A DNA stretch of 48,419 nucleotides, filler included, from Catajapyx aquilonaris (taxonomy: Eukaryota), in NCBI GenBank assembly GCA_000934665.2. It is 2 parts of 2 records of this genome, joined end to end, with 100 filler letters (N's around TTAATTAATTAA, not from the genome) between each part and the next. Parts side by side here need not be neighbours in the genome. Positions count along the whole stretch, not along the records: positions 1 to 24,166 come from JYFJ02005559.1; 1 more part is not named here. One strand, written 5' to 3'. Shown piece by piece: positions 1 through 11,894 of this stretch (its first letter is position 1; each line of letters starts with the position of its first letter). The position numbers were made by a program, and so were the translations under genes. A model generated the notes under the pieces. That model saw only the letters and a list, made by a program, of their open reading frames with translations, was not told where the DNA came from and made no database searches.

Positions 1-109
1 CACTCTCCACATGACGATGTCCGAACACGACCAGTTGCCAGGTAACGCCAAAGTCGTTGTTTACACTTGTTATATGCTATTGTGTCCAGCACTGTACCAT
101 ATCAACCAT

Positions 110-927
110 TTACATTGTCGTGTAAATGTGATCAAAGTACAATTTACGCCTATAGAGAGGCAACCACGCATCAGCGGACCAAGTTCTTATGCGAAAGGTT
201 CTAACATGGACCTAAACATATCTCCTCACACTTTGACACTTATCGATGGCCAGATTTTTTTGTGCAAAAGGTGATCACGTTCAGGTGGAATTGCCCAGTA
301 GCGGACCAAATTTGTTTGGAACTATTTATAGATATATTAAAACTATAACTACATTAACTATATTATTAAGTGAATTAAACACAAAGGACAAGCGTACACT
401 ACCTGAGACATGAAGACGGACCTAGGTGGGCCGCTCATTTTCATTCAGCGGCGTGGCCACTAGCGCAGCGCTCCACGTCAGTACCTATAGCTCCGGAACC
501 ATTTCGTATTCCAAAATTCCGTTTGTACCACTGATAGAGGACACTGTGAGGTGTATTTTGATATCAATATAATGCCATTTGACTTTGGCTCTCTTTTTGA
601 AAATGTCATTTGTTTGCAAAAATGTCGCATTTTGACATGAATTTGCACAGCTATCGGAAAGTGACTATTTTTGTCGGAAAGAGGAGACAATTTCACATAT
701 GAAACATGTATTACATCATGTATTTACGTTGTCATGTAAATGTAATAGTGGGGCGCCTCTAACTGTGATCCAAGTGCAATTAGCGCCTGTAGATAGGCAA
801 CCACGCATCGGCGGACCAAATCCTTATGGGAAAGGTCATAACTTGACATGGACTCAAACATATCTCACACTCATCGACGGGCAAATTTTTTCGTGAAAAA
901 GGTGATCACGTTCACGTGGAATTGCCC
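110..927 (+). repeat. Diverged ~190-bp direct duplication (110-297 and 724-927)
   Basis: Shared aggcaaccacgcatc.gcggaccaa and aaaaggtgatcacgttca.gtggaattgccc. Confidence 0.8.
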
Positions 928-1185
928 TGATATATTGGCAGAAAAAGAGAACCTATAAAGTGCAGAACAATCAATTCACAGCTCAGTGGCACAATGTCGA
1001 AGAGTAATCAAAATAAAAGAATGTGTGCATCTGATTCGTATTATTCATTATACAGTATGCATCAGTGTGTGCTTGCTTCAATATGTATACTGTATATAAA
1101 AGGGAAAGTTCGTCTGTATGTCTCATATCACTTCCCCCCTACCACACCCCCTCCCCCTAACGGGGCGTTAGCAACGAGGTTTGCA

Positions 1186-2671
1186 TCTCTTCTCCTATAT
1201 GTCTATAAATAAGGAAGTTTGTTTGTGAGTTTGTTTGTTTGTCCCTTATAGAAATCCAGGGGATGACCCCTACACCGCCTTAAATTAGCATGTCGGGGGT
1301 TATATTTTCCAAGGAATCTAACGCCGCATGTTTCAGCTTCCGAAAATGAACCTAACTCCCACAACATGCATATTCCCGAATCTTCTCGCGTCTCAGCCTC
1401 AACAACTTACATAAACATCAAATAACAATATATCAATTCACATTCCCATGGAAATGCCCTTATGCAACAATACCACCTGGAAAATTAAGGCATTGCCGTA
1501 AATTCAACGCATCCACCAATTACGCTAATTGTCCACCTCACGTGAGTTCGTATCGTATGGTCATTCCGGGATTTGCAACTAGACTTCCAGACAAAAATAA
1601 GTACAATAAAATATCAGTAACACTTCCATAAGTCGACGTTCTCTATAAGTCGAAGAAAATGATGAGCTTGGTTGGTCACAATGTAATCGTAATGTAATGT
1701 AATGTTTTCGTAGGAAATAAACTTCCCTAACTCGAATGTCTATAACTCGAAGTTCTCCATAGCTCGAAGTGCAGGCAGGGCTTAACGATGGGATATCAAT
1801 GCATTTTCAGTCTCCCTAAGTCCAAGTTAATGTTGGCGACGAGTACGGAAAATTGTCTCATTTCCCAGCCGAAGGGTCGAGAGTATAGGCCACATGTACA
1901 GAAAGGCTCAATTTCCTGATCTCCATCTACCAGACATAACCAAAGAAGTGTTTGACTCTATTGTGACAATTAAATCCTTGAATTTAACAGTAGCCAAATA
2001 TCCATAACTGAGATTTTTTTTACAACAAAACAATGAGAAACATAAGTGTGATAGTGACAGTTATTTTTAAGTTTTGAACACCTTTCGTCGCTGGATATAA
2101 CGTTAGATGCTTAAATAATTCCAAACTTCTCTAACTCGAATCTTCTCTAACTCGAAGTTTTTTTCAGGTCCCATGGAGATTCGACTTAGGAAGTTTTACT
2201 GTAATACAGTATTTACAAATATTACTACGAACTACGTGTTGAAAACCAAATTTCCCACCATGCATCTGTACGTACATAATTCTAAATTTCTTCAGAGCAA
2301 ACATATGGAACGAGGTGGGGGTGTGAAGTGGAGTTGGGGGGTCAAGGGGTCAAAAATGCAGGGGGGGAAACACATGGCTGTGCAGTCTTTTCCTGGGCCA
2401 ACTCCATCCGCATTCCTCTTTTTACACATCCAATCAGAATATCTGTGTCGACTATACGCTATAAGACAAGCAGGTAATCTATCACAGATAGTGACAAACT
2501 TTGGCTTATTGCAACTTATAAGGCCCATTTTAAGACATATCGAGCTTCGAGTGTATGGAAGGGAAATATTTCCAAACAAACACACTTCCTAAAATACTGT
2601 ATATGTACTGTACATACCCCTACCTTTACCAGCACCCCAAGATGCCCGGGCAACGTCGGGTAACCTGCTAG
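1186..2671 (+). mobile_element. Non-autonomous Helitron-like element (copy 1), containing a nested MITE
   Basis: 5' A|TC with a (GTTT)n microsatellite near the start; 3' hairpin cccgggcaacgtcggg followed by CTAG|T. Homologous inverted copy at 44779-45682. Confidence 0.75.
1615..2201. mobile_element. Tc1/mariner-pogo(Tigger)-type MITE inserted in Helitron copy 1
   Basis: TIRs cagtaacacttccataagtcga and tcgacttaggaagttttactg, with TA at both flanks. Absent from Helitron copy 2, which shows the empty site. Confidence 0.75.
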
Positions 2672-2751
2672 TATAGACATTACAAAACATTACTCCCATC
2701 CTATATCGACAAATGCGGGCCCTGATTGCGATATCAGGATTACAAGTGGGA

Positions 2752-4542
2752 TTACATTTTCTTCACCATTTCGACCGCAAGTCCCATCAAAGACGCGCCC
2801 ATTCCTCCGACAAGAATGAGGAAGGCTCCCTTCAGATTCAACCATGTGAGCTTGGTGGGTCCTTCCTTCTGACCCTGAGGGTCATCACTCCATCTGGTGT
2901 CCCTGGCCGAGTTCCAAGCCTTGAGGAATCCGGACAGGCGACTCATCCTCTGGTCCATCCCGATGGAGTGGTAGAGATGGATGTTCCTCTCGAAGGCCTC
3001 CGAATGGACGCTGTTTTTGGGGAAGGCCAAAGAGTACTGGAGGTTCACGTAGGCCTTTTTGGCCAACATAATCTTCAGACGACCATTCTGATCGTAGCAC
3101 TCGCGTTCCACCAGAGCAATACCTAGTCGATGACCTTCGGTGGTAATGCAGGCGTCGTCACCACTCACTACCAACCTGCAGATGTTTGTCGGACTGGGCA
3201 ATGGCCGGTACTTGGCGATTATCTGGATCAATACTTCCGGAATGATTTTTGTGTCCCAGTGAATTGACATGGTTTTAATGTCAGTGTCTTCCATGTAGAT
3301 GTTGAAATGAGAGTTGTTGACCAATGCTTCCAGAGTTCCAGGCAGCCTCTCCTTATCCGGATGAACAAGAATAGACAGCAGGTTGGTTTTATAGCCTACG
3401 CCTATTATCCAGGCGAATATGGTCCAGAACAAGATTGTCAATCTGAGAGTGGACTGGGCTGGAGTTGGAGGATACTGCTCCAGGAATATCCGGGCCATTC
3501 GACCGATCCCTTCCAAGCAGTTGTGCCGTCTAATCCCGGATATCAACCGGCTGTAAATGCCTTCAAAGGCTGTTAAAATAATACCGACTGTAATAACTGC
3601 AGTTAGAATGAGCACCCAAACTGTCTGTTGGTAAGGAAAGATGAAGACGAAAGGTCTCACTTCATCTCTCGGCAGACGAGTCACGAACGTCAATTTTCTC
3701 ATGTTGTAACTGTCTACAAAATCTAATCTGGAAGAGAGGCGGTATGACCTCGTCAGACTCCAGAAAAACGACGTGTCTCCAGTAATGACCTTTATGACCG
3801 CATTTCTGAGCTCACTGAGGTTGCTGTAGTCGACACCCTCAATGTCCCATGTGAAATTAAGTGCTTGCTGGAGAAAGCACATCATGTGGAAGGCGAAGGT
3901 CCAGCTGCTGCAGTTGGATGGAGATGATTTGTAATAGTACACGCCTTGCAAGAACTTCCCGTGCAGATCGTCGGCCGTGTCTGCAAACAAGGCTGGAGCA
4001 GGCAAATCAGGACCAATCGTTTCAACCACTGGTTTTCCTCCGTCACAAAAGTAGCACACTCTAGTGATCAGCATGTCGGGGTCGAAGTGCACCGCGATCT
4101 TGTACTTGACCTTTTGCAAGTGCGTCTCCAGCAAATGGTCACTGTCCCTCGCCCACACTACGAACCGATCTCTGGTTGGACGAATCTGGACTGACCTGTT
4201 GACCTGATCGAGTGTCGCGTCCAGGTTGCGGTCAAAGGTCGTGAGGAAGTGGACGGGGCAAGTGCCGGCTGACCCTTTTGGACTGGTGGACTCGAATCCA
4301 ACAATGGTCTGGTTATTGATGCCGAAGATGAGGGCGGGCCTTCCGATCAATGCCTGATCGAACATCAATTGTTGCAGTGTTTTAGGCAATACTTGTGCAT
4401 AGTCATGACCGATGACCAACGAGCAGAACGAGTCGATGTCGTCCAAAACGTGAGCCAGAAATTGCCCCACTAATTGAACCTTGGTAAAGTCACCCACAGC
4501 CCAACCGAGGAGCACCATCACAGTCACCAATCCGGTCTCCAT
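2752..4542 (-). CDS. Divergent ionotropic receptor (IR, iGluR-derived chemoreceptor family), intronless, 596 aa
   Basis: Single ORF with a hydrophobic N-terminus (METGLVTVMVLLGWAVG), S1 end SLTRSYRLSSRLDFVDSY, M1 PYQQTVWVLILTAVITVGIIL, pore loop ARIFLEQ, SYTANLAAF-equivalent GYKTNLLSIL and last TM LTWLNLKGAFLILVGG. Short N-terminal domain and very short C-tail, typical of divergent IRs. Confidence 0.88.
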   Translation of the reverse strand: METGLVTVMVLLGWAVGDFTKVQLVGQFLAHVLDDIDSFCSLVIGHDYAQVLPKTLQQLMFDQALIGRPALIFGINNQTIVGFESTSPKGSAGTCPVHFLTTFDRNLDATLDQVNRSVQIRPTRDRFVVWARDSDHLLETHLQKVKYKIAVHFDPDMLITRVCYFCDGGKPVVETIGPDLPAPALFADTADDLHGKFLQGVYYYKSSPSNCSSWTFAFHMMCFLQQALNFTWDIEGVDYSNLSELRNAVIKVITGDTSFFWSLTRSYRLSSRLDFVDSYNMRKLTFVTRLPRDEVRPFVFIFPYQQTVWVLILTAVITVGIILTAFEGIYSRLISGIRRHNCLEGIGRMARIFLEQYPPTPAQSTLRLTILFWTIFAWIIGVGYKTNLLSILVHPDKERLPGTLEALVNNSHFNIYMEDTDIKTMSIHWDTKIIPEVLIQIIAKYRPLPSPTNICRLVVSGDDACITTEGHRLGIALVERECYDQNGRLKIMLAKKAYVNLQYSLAFPKNSVHSEAFERNIHLYHSIGMDQRMSRLSGFLKAWNSARDTRWSDDPQGQKEGPTKLTWLNLKGAFLILVGGMGASLMGLAVEMVKKM

Positions 4543-5254
4543 GTCTGCCTTTCGTCCACTGTTTTTCCCTCATCCAATCGGACTGATTGTATACGAGCAT
4601 ATGGGACATCCATCAAATCTCTCAGAAGTGCATGAAAGAGACCTTTAAGAAAATGTAACCGCACAACAAATGACTGCACTTATCGTTATGGGAGTGCCCG
4701 CTTTTCCCGCCACAAAGTCAACATGAGAGTCGCTAAATGGATTTCCAATGTTTTGTCAGACTGTTACATCATATCGTAGGCGATACATAAGCAGTGCTTT
4801 TCCGACTCTTTCCATAGATCAAACTGCATTAACACGACAATGGTAGATGACGGCAGATTCAATCAATCTTCACATCGAACAACTACTGTCCAACTTGTAT
4901 AGAAACATACTTGAAGAAAATGTCACGGCAGAACAAGAGTGACAGCGCTTCACACTGGAAATAATTGGAGTGCCCACTTCGAATAAGTCTATGAGGGTCG
5001 ATACTTAAAAGGTTTCTATTGTTGTGTGACTTGTAATTTGACATCGTGCATTTGTAATAATTATTTGCCCCACGATTGACCCCATTGAGAGGTCATCGCT
5101 CTTTTAGGGGGAACACCACAATATTTTCCATTTTTCTTGTGATTTTCTTCAACTCCGGGCAGGGAAGAAAGGACTATGGGGTCGGGATTGGGATTTTTGG
5201 GAGGATGAGACGCGGGTACTAGTGCAATCAATGTCTGAAACTAAGTCATGTGCA

Positions 5255-5498
5255 GGGTCGTCTCTGATGGCTTCGTCTCGGGTGGGTTTCCTTGGGACTA
5301 ACCACCCGGGGGAATTAACAAAATGACCATAGCAACGACATTGCACTTGCACTTTGCACATCCTCTCCCAGTCACTCTCCCAGTGGGCCCGGGCTCTTCG
5401 TTAAAGGCTACAGTATGTATGGTACGACAACGGTACAGTACAATAAAGGTCTGTGCTACATAGCCTACCCTCTCTAGTCTAGGTGAAGCACTACTCGG

Positions 5499-5576
<78 letters not shown>
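5255..5576 (+). mobile_element. 5'-truncated SINE (family B) with (ATT)n tail
   Basis: Shares body and core (ggcttcgtctcgggtgg...cattgcacttgcactttgcacatcc...gggcccggg) with the copies at 37575-39465 and 47862-48210; (ATT)n tail at ~5499-5576. Confidence 0.7.
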
Positions 5577-6396
5577 GAGTGCGTTCACATACTATACAGA
5601 AAATCAGTTACTTAACCGGTATTGTTGTGTAACATAATTATGCTGCACCTTCGAGTAACCTTGACCAGATGCGAATAATGACATATCCATATCAATGAAC
5701 CAAGAAAGGTTGATCTGTGCAGAATGTGACAGCATGACATGCATTGTTTGCTTACTCTGTGCCCTATACAATATATCAGGGTTTTACTTGGATCTGACAC
5801 AATGTTCATTGCAATTAATATTACCGTGATTATATCACGTAGTACTTAGGTACTAATCTTCACGCATAGATGGCGCATCTATACTTTACACACTACTCCT
5901 GCCACCATCAGGTCATGCGAGAGATAGTGGCACTATCAGGTCGGACAAACATCAGATGGAGGGACGTAGTATTTTATATGCATGGTATTTACAGGGGGAG
6001 TTCTTATTTTCTCTGTAGTAATACTTATACTTCGGTCACGAGTCAGGTGGGGAAATCACTTCCCACTATTACATCCGTTCTAATTATTTTGATACGGGTA
6101 TGAATTAATTCCTCCTGTATTATTGGGAAAGTCGGAAAATACTGTATGTCGCTTATTAATGACGTTCAGAGGCGGGATGATTCAGGTGAGTCCCATTGTC
6201 TCTCGCTGCCCATTGTCGCTTGTGTGTTAATGAGAATATTTAGAGCTTGACAACCAAATGGAACTGGCTTTTTGTTTGTGCATATCCGCACTGTTTTGTG
6301 TCGTTGTATCACTTGTTGTAGATTGCGGTTGGCTGGAAGACCGTCCTTTGAATATAACAGTGCAGAGTGCGTGATACATCAAGACGTGCCGCCAAG

Positions 6397-7571
6397 ATGG
6401 GGTACAATTTGTGCAGTGGTGACTTCCAACTCGCGATGAACAAGTTCACTGGTCTGGTCCACCCTCACCTGGCCCTTGTCCTGTGCATATCGGGCTCTGT
6501 GTCCAACATCCTCTGCATCGTAGTCCTGTCCAAGAAGAGGATGGTGTCCTCCATCAGCACCATCCTGGTGGGACTGGCAGTGTCGGACCTTCTGGTGCTG
6601 ATGGCCTACATGTGCTTCGCCATTATGCAGGAGATGTACGGGGACAAGGTCGAGTACGCACTGCAGGGGACGTCCAAGCACTTCTCACTGGCAGAGTATC
6701 AGATGATCAACACAATGTGGTTCAACAAGGTACTGTCACAACAAGGCACATGGTCATGAAATATACAAAGTTCGGCTTCTCTTTTTGAGTGCAGGTGATG
6801 CACGCTGTGTCCATCTGGCTGACCGTGACCCTGGCAGTGTGGCGATACCTCGTGATGTGTTGGCCATACAGAAGCGAAGATTGGTGCAGCCAGACCAGGG
6901 CCAAGTGGACAGTGGTCAGCGTGTACGTCGCTGTGGCCATCCTTCACACGCCTTACTACTTCATATACCATGTAGAACCTCGCGGGTCATACTTTCACAC
7001 TGGTGCGATGTACAGCGATGTGACCAAGATATTCATACCGAGTGTTGAGGCCATGTTCTGGATCATGGCCATCTTCGTGAAGCTGATTCCTTGCTTGTTG
7101 CTGTCCATCTTGACCCTGAGGCTAGTCTGGGTATTGGTCGAAGGCAAGAGGAGAAGAAGGTACTTAAGGAACAATTTAAGCTGCTCAATAAGCGTAGGTA
7201 CTAAGAATAAATGCGAAGTGGATCTCAAGATGGAGAGGACAACTCGGATGGTGATATTGGTCCTCTTTGTCTTTTTGGTCACCGAGTTTCCAGGAGGCAT
7301 TCTGGCTCTTATTGGTGCCATCAGAGGGTTGGGATATTTAAACGATTGCTATTACTACATGAAAAGACTCCTGGATGTGATAGTGTTACTGAACAGTGCC
7401 ATCAACTTTGTTCTCTACTGCACGATGAGCAAGGAATTCAGGGACACCTTCAGACAACTGTTTGTTCTCAAGGGAGTGTGTTGCAAGAAGTGTTTTTCCT
7501 TCATTAGAACAAGGCTGTATAGTGCAACAGTGGTTGATGGCACTGGAAGTACAGAGTCGCCTTCCGTTTAG
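6397..7571 (+). CDS. GPCR-1: myosuppressin-receptor/DMSR-like class A GPCR, 369 aa; exons 6397-6729 and 6795-7571
   Basis: ATG at 6397 (MGYNLCSG). 65-nt GT-AG phase-0 intron 6730-6794 joins FNK|VMH. Motifs GLAVSDLL, SIWLTVTLAVWRY, KLIPC, ERTTRM, TEFPGG, NSAINFVLYCTMSKEFRDTF match the myosuppressin receptor/DMSR family. Confidence 0.9.
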
Positions 7572-8853
7572 ACAGAAGTGATGACCATTTCGTGTCATAT
7601 TTGTGATAAACGGGTCCTGCAGTGAACACAGAAGATGCGACAGCTCCTAAACCCCGGTGGAGTGCAGTCCCCATATTAGTGTTTTCATGGAAAGCAACAT
7701 CATTTGAAGACAAGATTTGCAGAAGGATATGTGCTGTTACAGCAAAGAGACAGATGGTATACTAAAACATAATATTATCACAATGTATGAAGTAGTATTC
7801 AGAGTAGGCTATGTAATTTTTATACATTACACAGTCATTGAAAAGGGTGTGGTGAGAAATCCTTAACGGATATCGTCTCGTGTCACATTATAATTATTAC
7901 TCAAGGTCACTCAGGTCATAATACTGTGACCAAGGTAAGCCCATGCAACTCTTAACACCATTCGATAAAAAATATATAATTATTTGAAATGGTTTGAGTT
8001 ATAAAAAATTGCAATTTGCAGATAGAACCTTATGGCTCCGAAAATGTGCAATGAAGTATAATTTTAGCGGTGCAGATAGAACCTTTTTGCCCTGTATGAT
8101 TGCAAAAATGTAGCATTAAAGGTGTTCTAATAAATTATTAATTATTACAATAATATAATGACTATTAATAATGTTACTACAGTTAGTCTTTGGGTTGAAA
8201 ATCTCATTCATCTTTAACCACCTCATACGTAGTAATGCCATCGCACTCTCTGATCTTTGCCTTTGCACGAGCACGTGTCTGAAATAGGAGTAAGCAAGAG
8301 TAAAAACGCTCAAGAAAATGGGATTTATCTTCTCTCTTGTCCTTTAGTCATATAACCAGTCAGCCACATCTGCATCCACTTGAACATGTATGTAATAATT
8401 TATTATTACAATATCCTTTTTCTTATTCTCAGGGATGTCGCTTGAATTAAACAAGATTGGCAAATCACGTGAGCGTTTATTTAATTTAATTAATTTAATT
8501 AATTTTTAGTTTCTTTTCATTTAAATTCAATTCAATTTAAATTCAAATTTCTTTTAATTTTCAGAAGTACTCCCTAAAACGCACAGCAGTGTATTTTCTA
8601 AAAGAATAGCTACTTTTAAGGAAGTTAATTATGTCAGTAAAACTGAGGTATGGTACCAGAATGGCGCAATAACTTTGATCATTATAATTAACTGAATATA
8701 TCAGAGACTAGTGTTATGCATAATCTGAATAAACACTAACCTGGTTGCTATATAGAGCCCGGTTTCTTCATGATCATCATGACTGTCTTCTGAGTGGTTT
8801 TCCACTTGAGTGGCCATGTGAAATATCAATAGGATGACTTGTGGTGATGGTGA

Positions 8854-10017
8854 CTATTTCTGGTTGTGTCCAGCGCAATTGCGTTTATTCGATTCCTTCA
8901 TTGGACAGGTGAAGCACTTATTGCGACACACTCCTTCTGGAACGAACGTGTCTTTGAAGGTCCTCCTGAAATCATTGCTCATCGAACAGTACAATAGGAA
9001 GTTGACAGAGCTGTTCAACAGAACTATGGTGTCCAGAAGCCTCGAAAAGTAAAGGTAGCAGCTGTAGAAGTAGTTGTGGCCCCAAATAACGACGAGCAGA
9101 GTGACTATTCCTCCTGGAAACTCGGTGACCAAAAAGACGAAGAGCACAACAACCACCATCCTCGTGGTCCTGTCCATCCGGCGGTCAACCTCGATATCAC
9201 CGTGGACTGACCGGTTCCTGCTGTCCATCAGAAACTTCCTGATCTTCTTGGCTTGGAAGAGTTCCCAGACCAGCCTCAGAGTCAGGAGGGTCAGGAGGAT
9301 GCAAGGAACCAGCTTGACCAGCACTCCAAGGATAAAGTAGTTGACCAGAATGCTCATGTCAAACCCACCGGTTGTGACATTGACCATTGACCTCCTGAAG
9401 TTCACCTCGTAGTAAGACCCACGATAGTCCACCTCGTACATGAAGCAGATAGGGATGTGCACCAGTGTCACGCATATGTACGTGCTGACCACTGTCCACT
9501 TGGCCCTCCTCTGGTTGCACCACTCTTTGCTTCTGTTGGGCCAACACACGACGAGGTATCGCCACACAGCCAGGGTCACGGTCAGCCAGATGGACACCCC
9601 GTGCATCCCCTGGGAAAAGTGGAATAATCACCCGTGTGTCCGAACCAATATTATGCTTATGCGAACAGTACTAAATAAACTTCACACCCTGTTACAAACG
9701 ATGTTGGCGATCTGATACACAGTCACGGAGTAAGATTTGGATATTCCTTTCAGTCCGTACTCTGCCTTGTCTCCGTACATTTCTTGCAAGATGGCGAAAC
9801 ACAAGTAGGACACCAGGACCAAGAGATCAGCCACGGCCAGTCCCACCAGGATGGTGCTGGTGGGGGACACCATCCTCTTCTTGGACAGGACGACGATGCA
9901 GAGGACGTTGGACACCGATCCAAAGGAGCACAGGACAAGAGCGAGGTGAGGATGGACCACACCAGTGAACTTATTCATCATTAGCTTGAAGTCACCGCTG
10001 CACAAATCGTACCCCAT
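8854..10017 (-). CDS. GPCR-2: myosuppressin-receptor/DMSR-like GPCR, 361 aa; exons 10017-9688 and 9609-8854
   Basis: ATG at 10017 (MGYDLCSG). 78-nt phase-0 intron 9687-9610 (CNR|GMH) at the same position as in paralogs. VWRY, KLVPC, DRTTRM, TEFPGG and NSSVNFLLYCSMS present. Confidence 0.9.
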
Positions 10018-10586
10018 CTTCGTTCGTGTTTACACTGTCCACTGCTGTCCTCAAAGGACAGTCTTTCACTCAATCCCAACTGGCACCAAGTGATTCAAAA
10101 AGACAAACAAATGCGTGTTTTATTTCGTAATAAAAAGCCAAGTGTAATTTGCCTATCAGTTATCATAAAACGGATGCTAGTCAGGGACAAACAATGGGAC
10201 TGGAACAGGAAGTCACCTGTCCGGATAGATGTAGTCTTGACAGATCTCGTAACAAAGGACTCGTCGTACTTTAAAATGCGGAAACAGCACTACTTATGGA
10301 GTGATTAAGTCGTCATTTGGCACTACACTGACGCATTCAAGTCACATTTTGTATATACGAACTGACGCCATATTTATACGGAGGACGAATTACTTGTATT
10401 GCGTGATCTGAGATGATTATTAATATTAATAATCTCAATATCATTCACATTAATGACACACGGTTCCGTTGTGTGGAGGACGCGACTTTTACGTGACATG
10501 CATTGCGTCACTTGCACAAGGCTGGTGAATGCGATGGAGCTCAGTGCACGTCCAGACGCTTCTCCAGAAGGACGCTTCTTCCTAAA

Positions 10587-11723
10587 ATGGACGTGTGCAT
10601 TGATAGGTTCACCCACCAGGAGGATTCCTACTGCAGTCCAAGACTCATGTCATGGTTGGAAGTGTTTGTGACTGACCACAACCCCTGGATATCACTGATG
10701 CTCTGCGTCTTCGGCTGTGTCTGCAACCTCCTCTGCATCTTGGTGCTGACCAGGCGGAGGATGCTGACCTCCACTGGAACCATCCTGACCGGACTGGCCA
10801 TCTCTGACCTCTTGGTCCTGGCCTCCTCCCTGCCACTCTTCGCCATGCAGCTGAATGAAGACGAAAGGGACAACTATGCATTGTATGCGGCGTCTAAATC
10901 ATACTCACGGGCTGCCTACGCGATTGTCGCCTTCATCTTCTTCAAGGTGATGTTCCCTCATAGTCTACTGAGGAATATTGTTTGGCTCTTTTTACTCCCT
11001 CTGTAGGTCATGCATGTTGTGTCAGCCTGGCTGACCTTGACCCTGGCTGTTTGGCAGTACATGCTGGTGTGCTGGCCCATTCCGAGCAAACAATGGTGCA
11101 CCCCGCAGAGGGCCAAAGTGACGGTGGTGGCAGTGTACGTGTGCATAGTCCTGCTGCATACCCACTTCTATTACGGCTATGAAGTGGACAAGAACCAAGA
11201 CTATTACATTCCGGGCATGCGGAACCGGTTCATAGACGAAGAGACGGGGGGACTGGACTTCACGTATGTGGCTGACCTCTGGGTGACTGGCGTGTTGGCT
11301 ACCCTGGTCCCTTGCATTTTGGTCACCTACCTGGCTGGGAGGCTGGTCTGGACCGCGGTCGAATCGCGGTGGATCAGACGTGATGGTGTCGCACCGGACC
11401 AGACTTGGCTGGTGGTGTCCGTCCTGTTAGCATTCCTGGCGACTGGTCTTCCTGATGGCGTCGCCTCTCTTTTGTTGGCACTCTGGGGGCCCTTCTTCTC
11501 ATTTGAATGCGCTCTGACCAAACTTCTGGAGACGATCGTCCTTCTGAACTGCGCCGTACACTTTGTGCTGTACTGCGCCACGAGCTTCGAGTTCAGGCAG
11601 ACCTCGAAGGAACTCTGGAGTGCCAAGAAGGACTGCTTGTCCTGGCTACGAACCGCGATCGAGACGCGGCAGAAGGACGACCAGGCCGTGACTTCAGACG
11701 CGGTCATTCACATGATCGTGTGA
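10587..11723 (+). CDS. GPCR-3: highly divergent member of the array with altered signalling motifs, ~358 aa; exons 10587-10946 and 11007-11723
   Basis: ATG at 10587 (MDVCIDRF). 60-nt intron 10947-11006 (FFK|VMH). Seven hydrophobic segments, but WQY instead of WRY, TGLPDG instead of TEFPGG, NCAVHFVLYC instead of NSAINFVLYC, and a short ICL3. Confidence 0.85.
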
Positions 11724-11894
11724 GAACCCAAAGGTCAACGAGAATAAGACCCACAGCACAGAACATGTTTAACCAATCAACTTACTATTGAAAGTATTTT
11801 TTTGCATATAGCAATTAGCAAATAAGTAATAATATCGCAATTATTATTTGCACTCTGTTGTTTCCAGTGTCAGATATTGTGTTAGATAATGCAA

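Noticed and set aside
2173..2592. 139-aa ORF with a near-identical counterpart around 44860-45372
   Set aside because: Lies within the two Helitron-like copies; no protein motif recognised.
7903..7918. AGGTCAnnnAGGTCA direct repeat resembling a nuclear receptor element
   Set aside because: A single short motif between converging 3' ends; cannot be distinguished from chance or TE origin.
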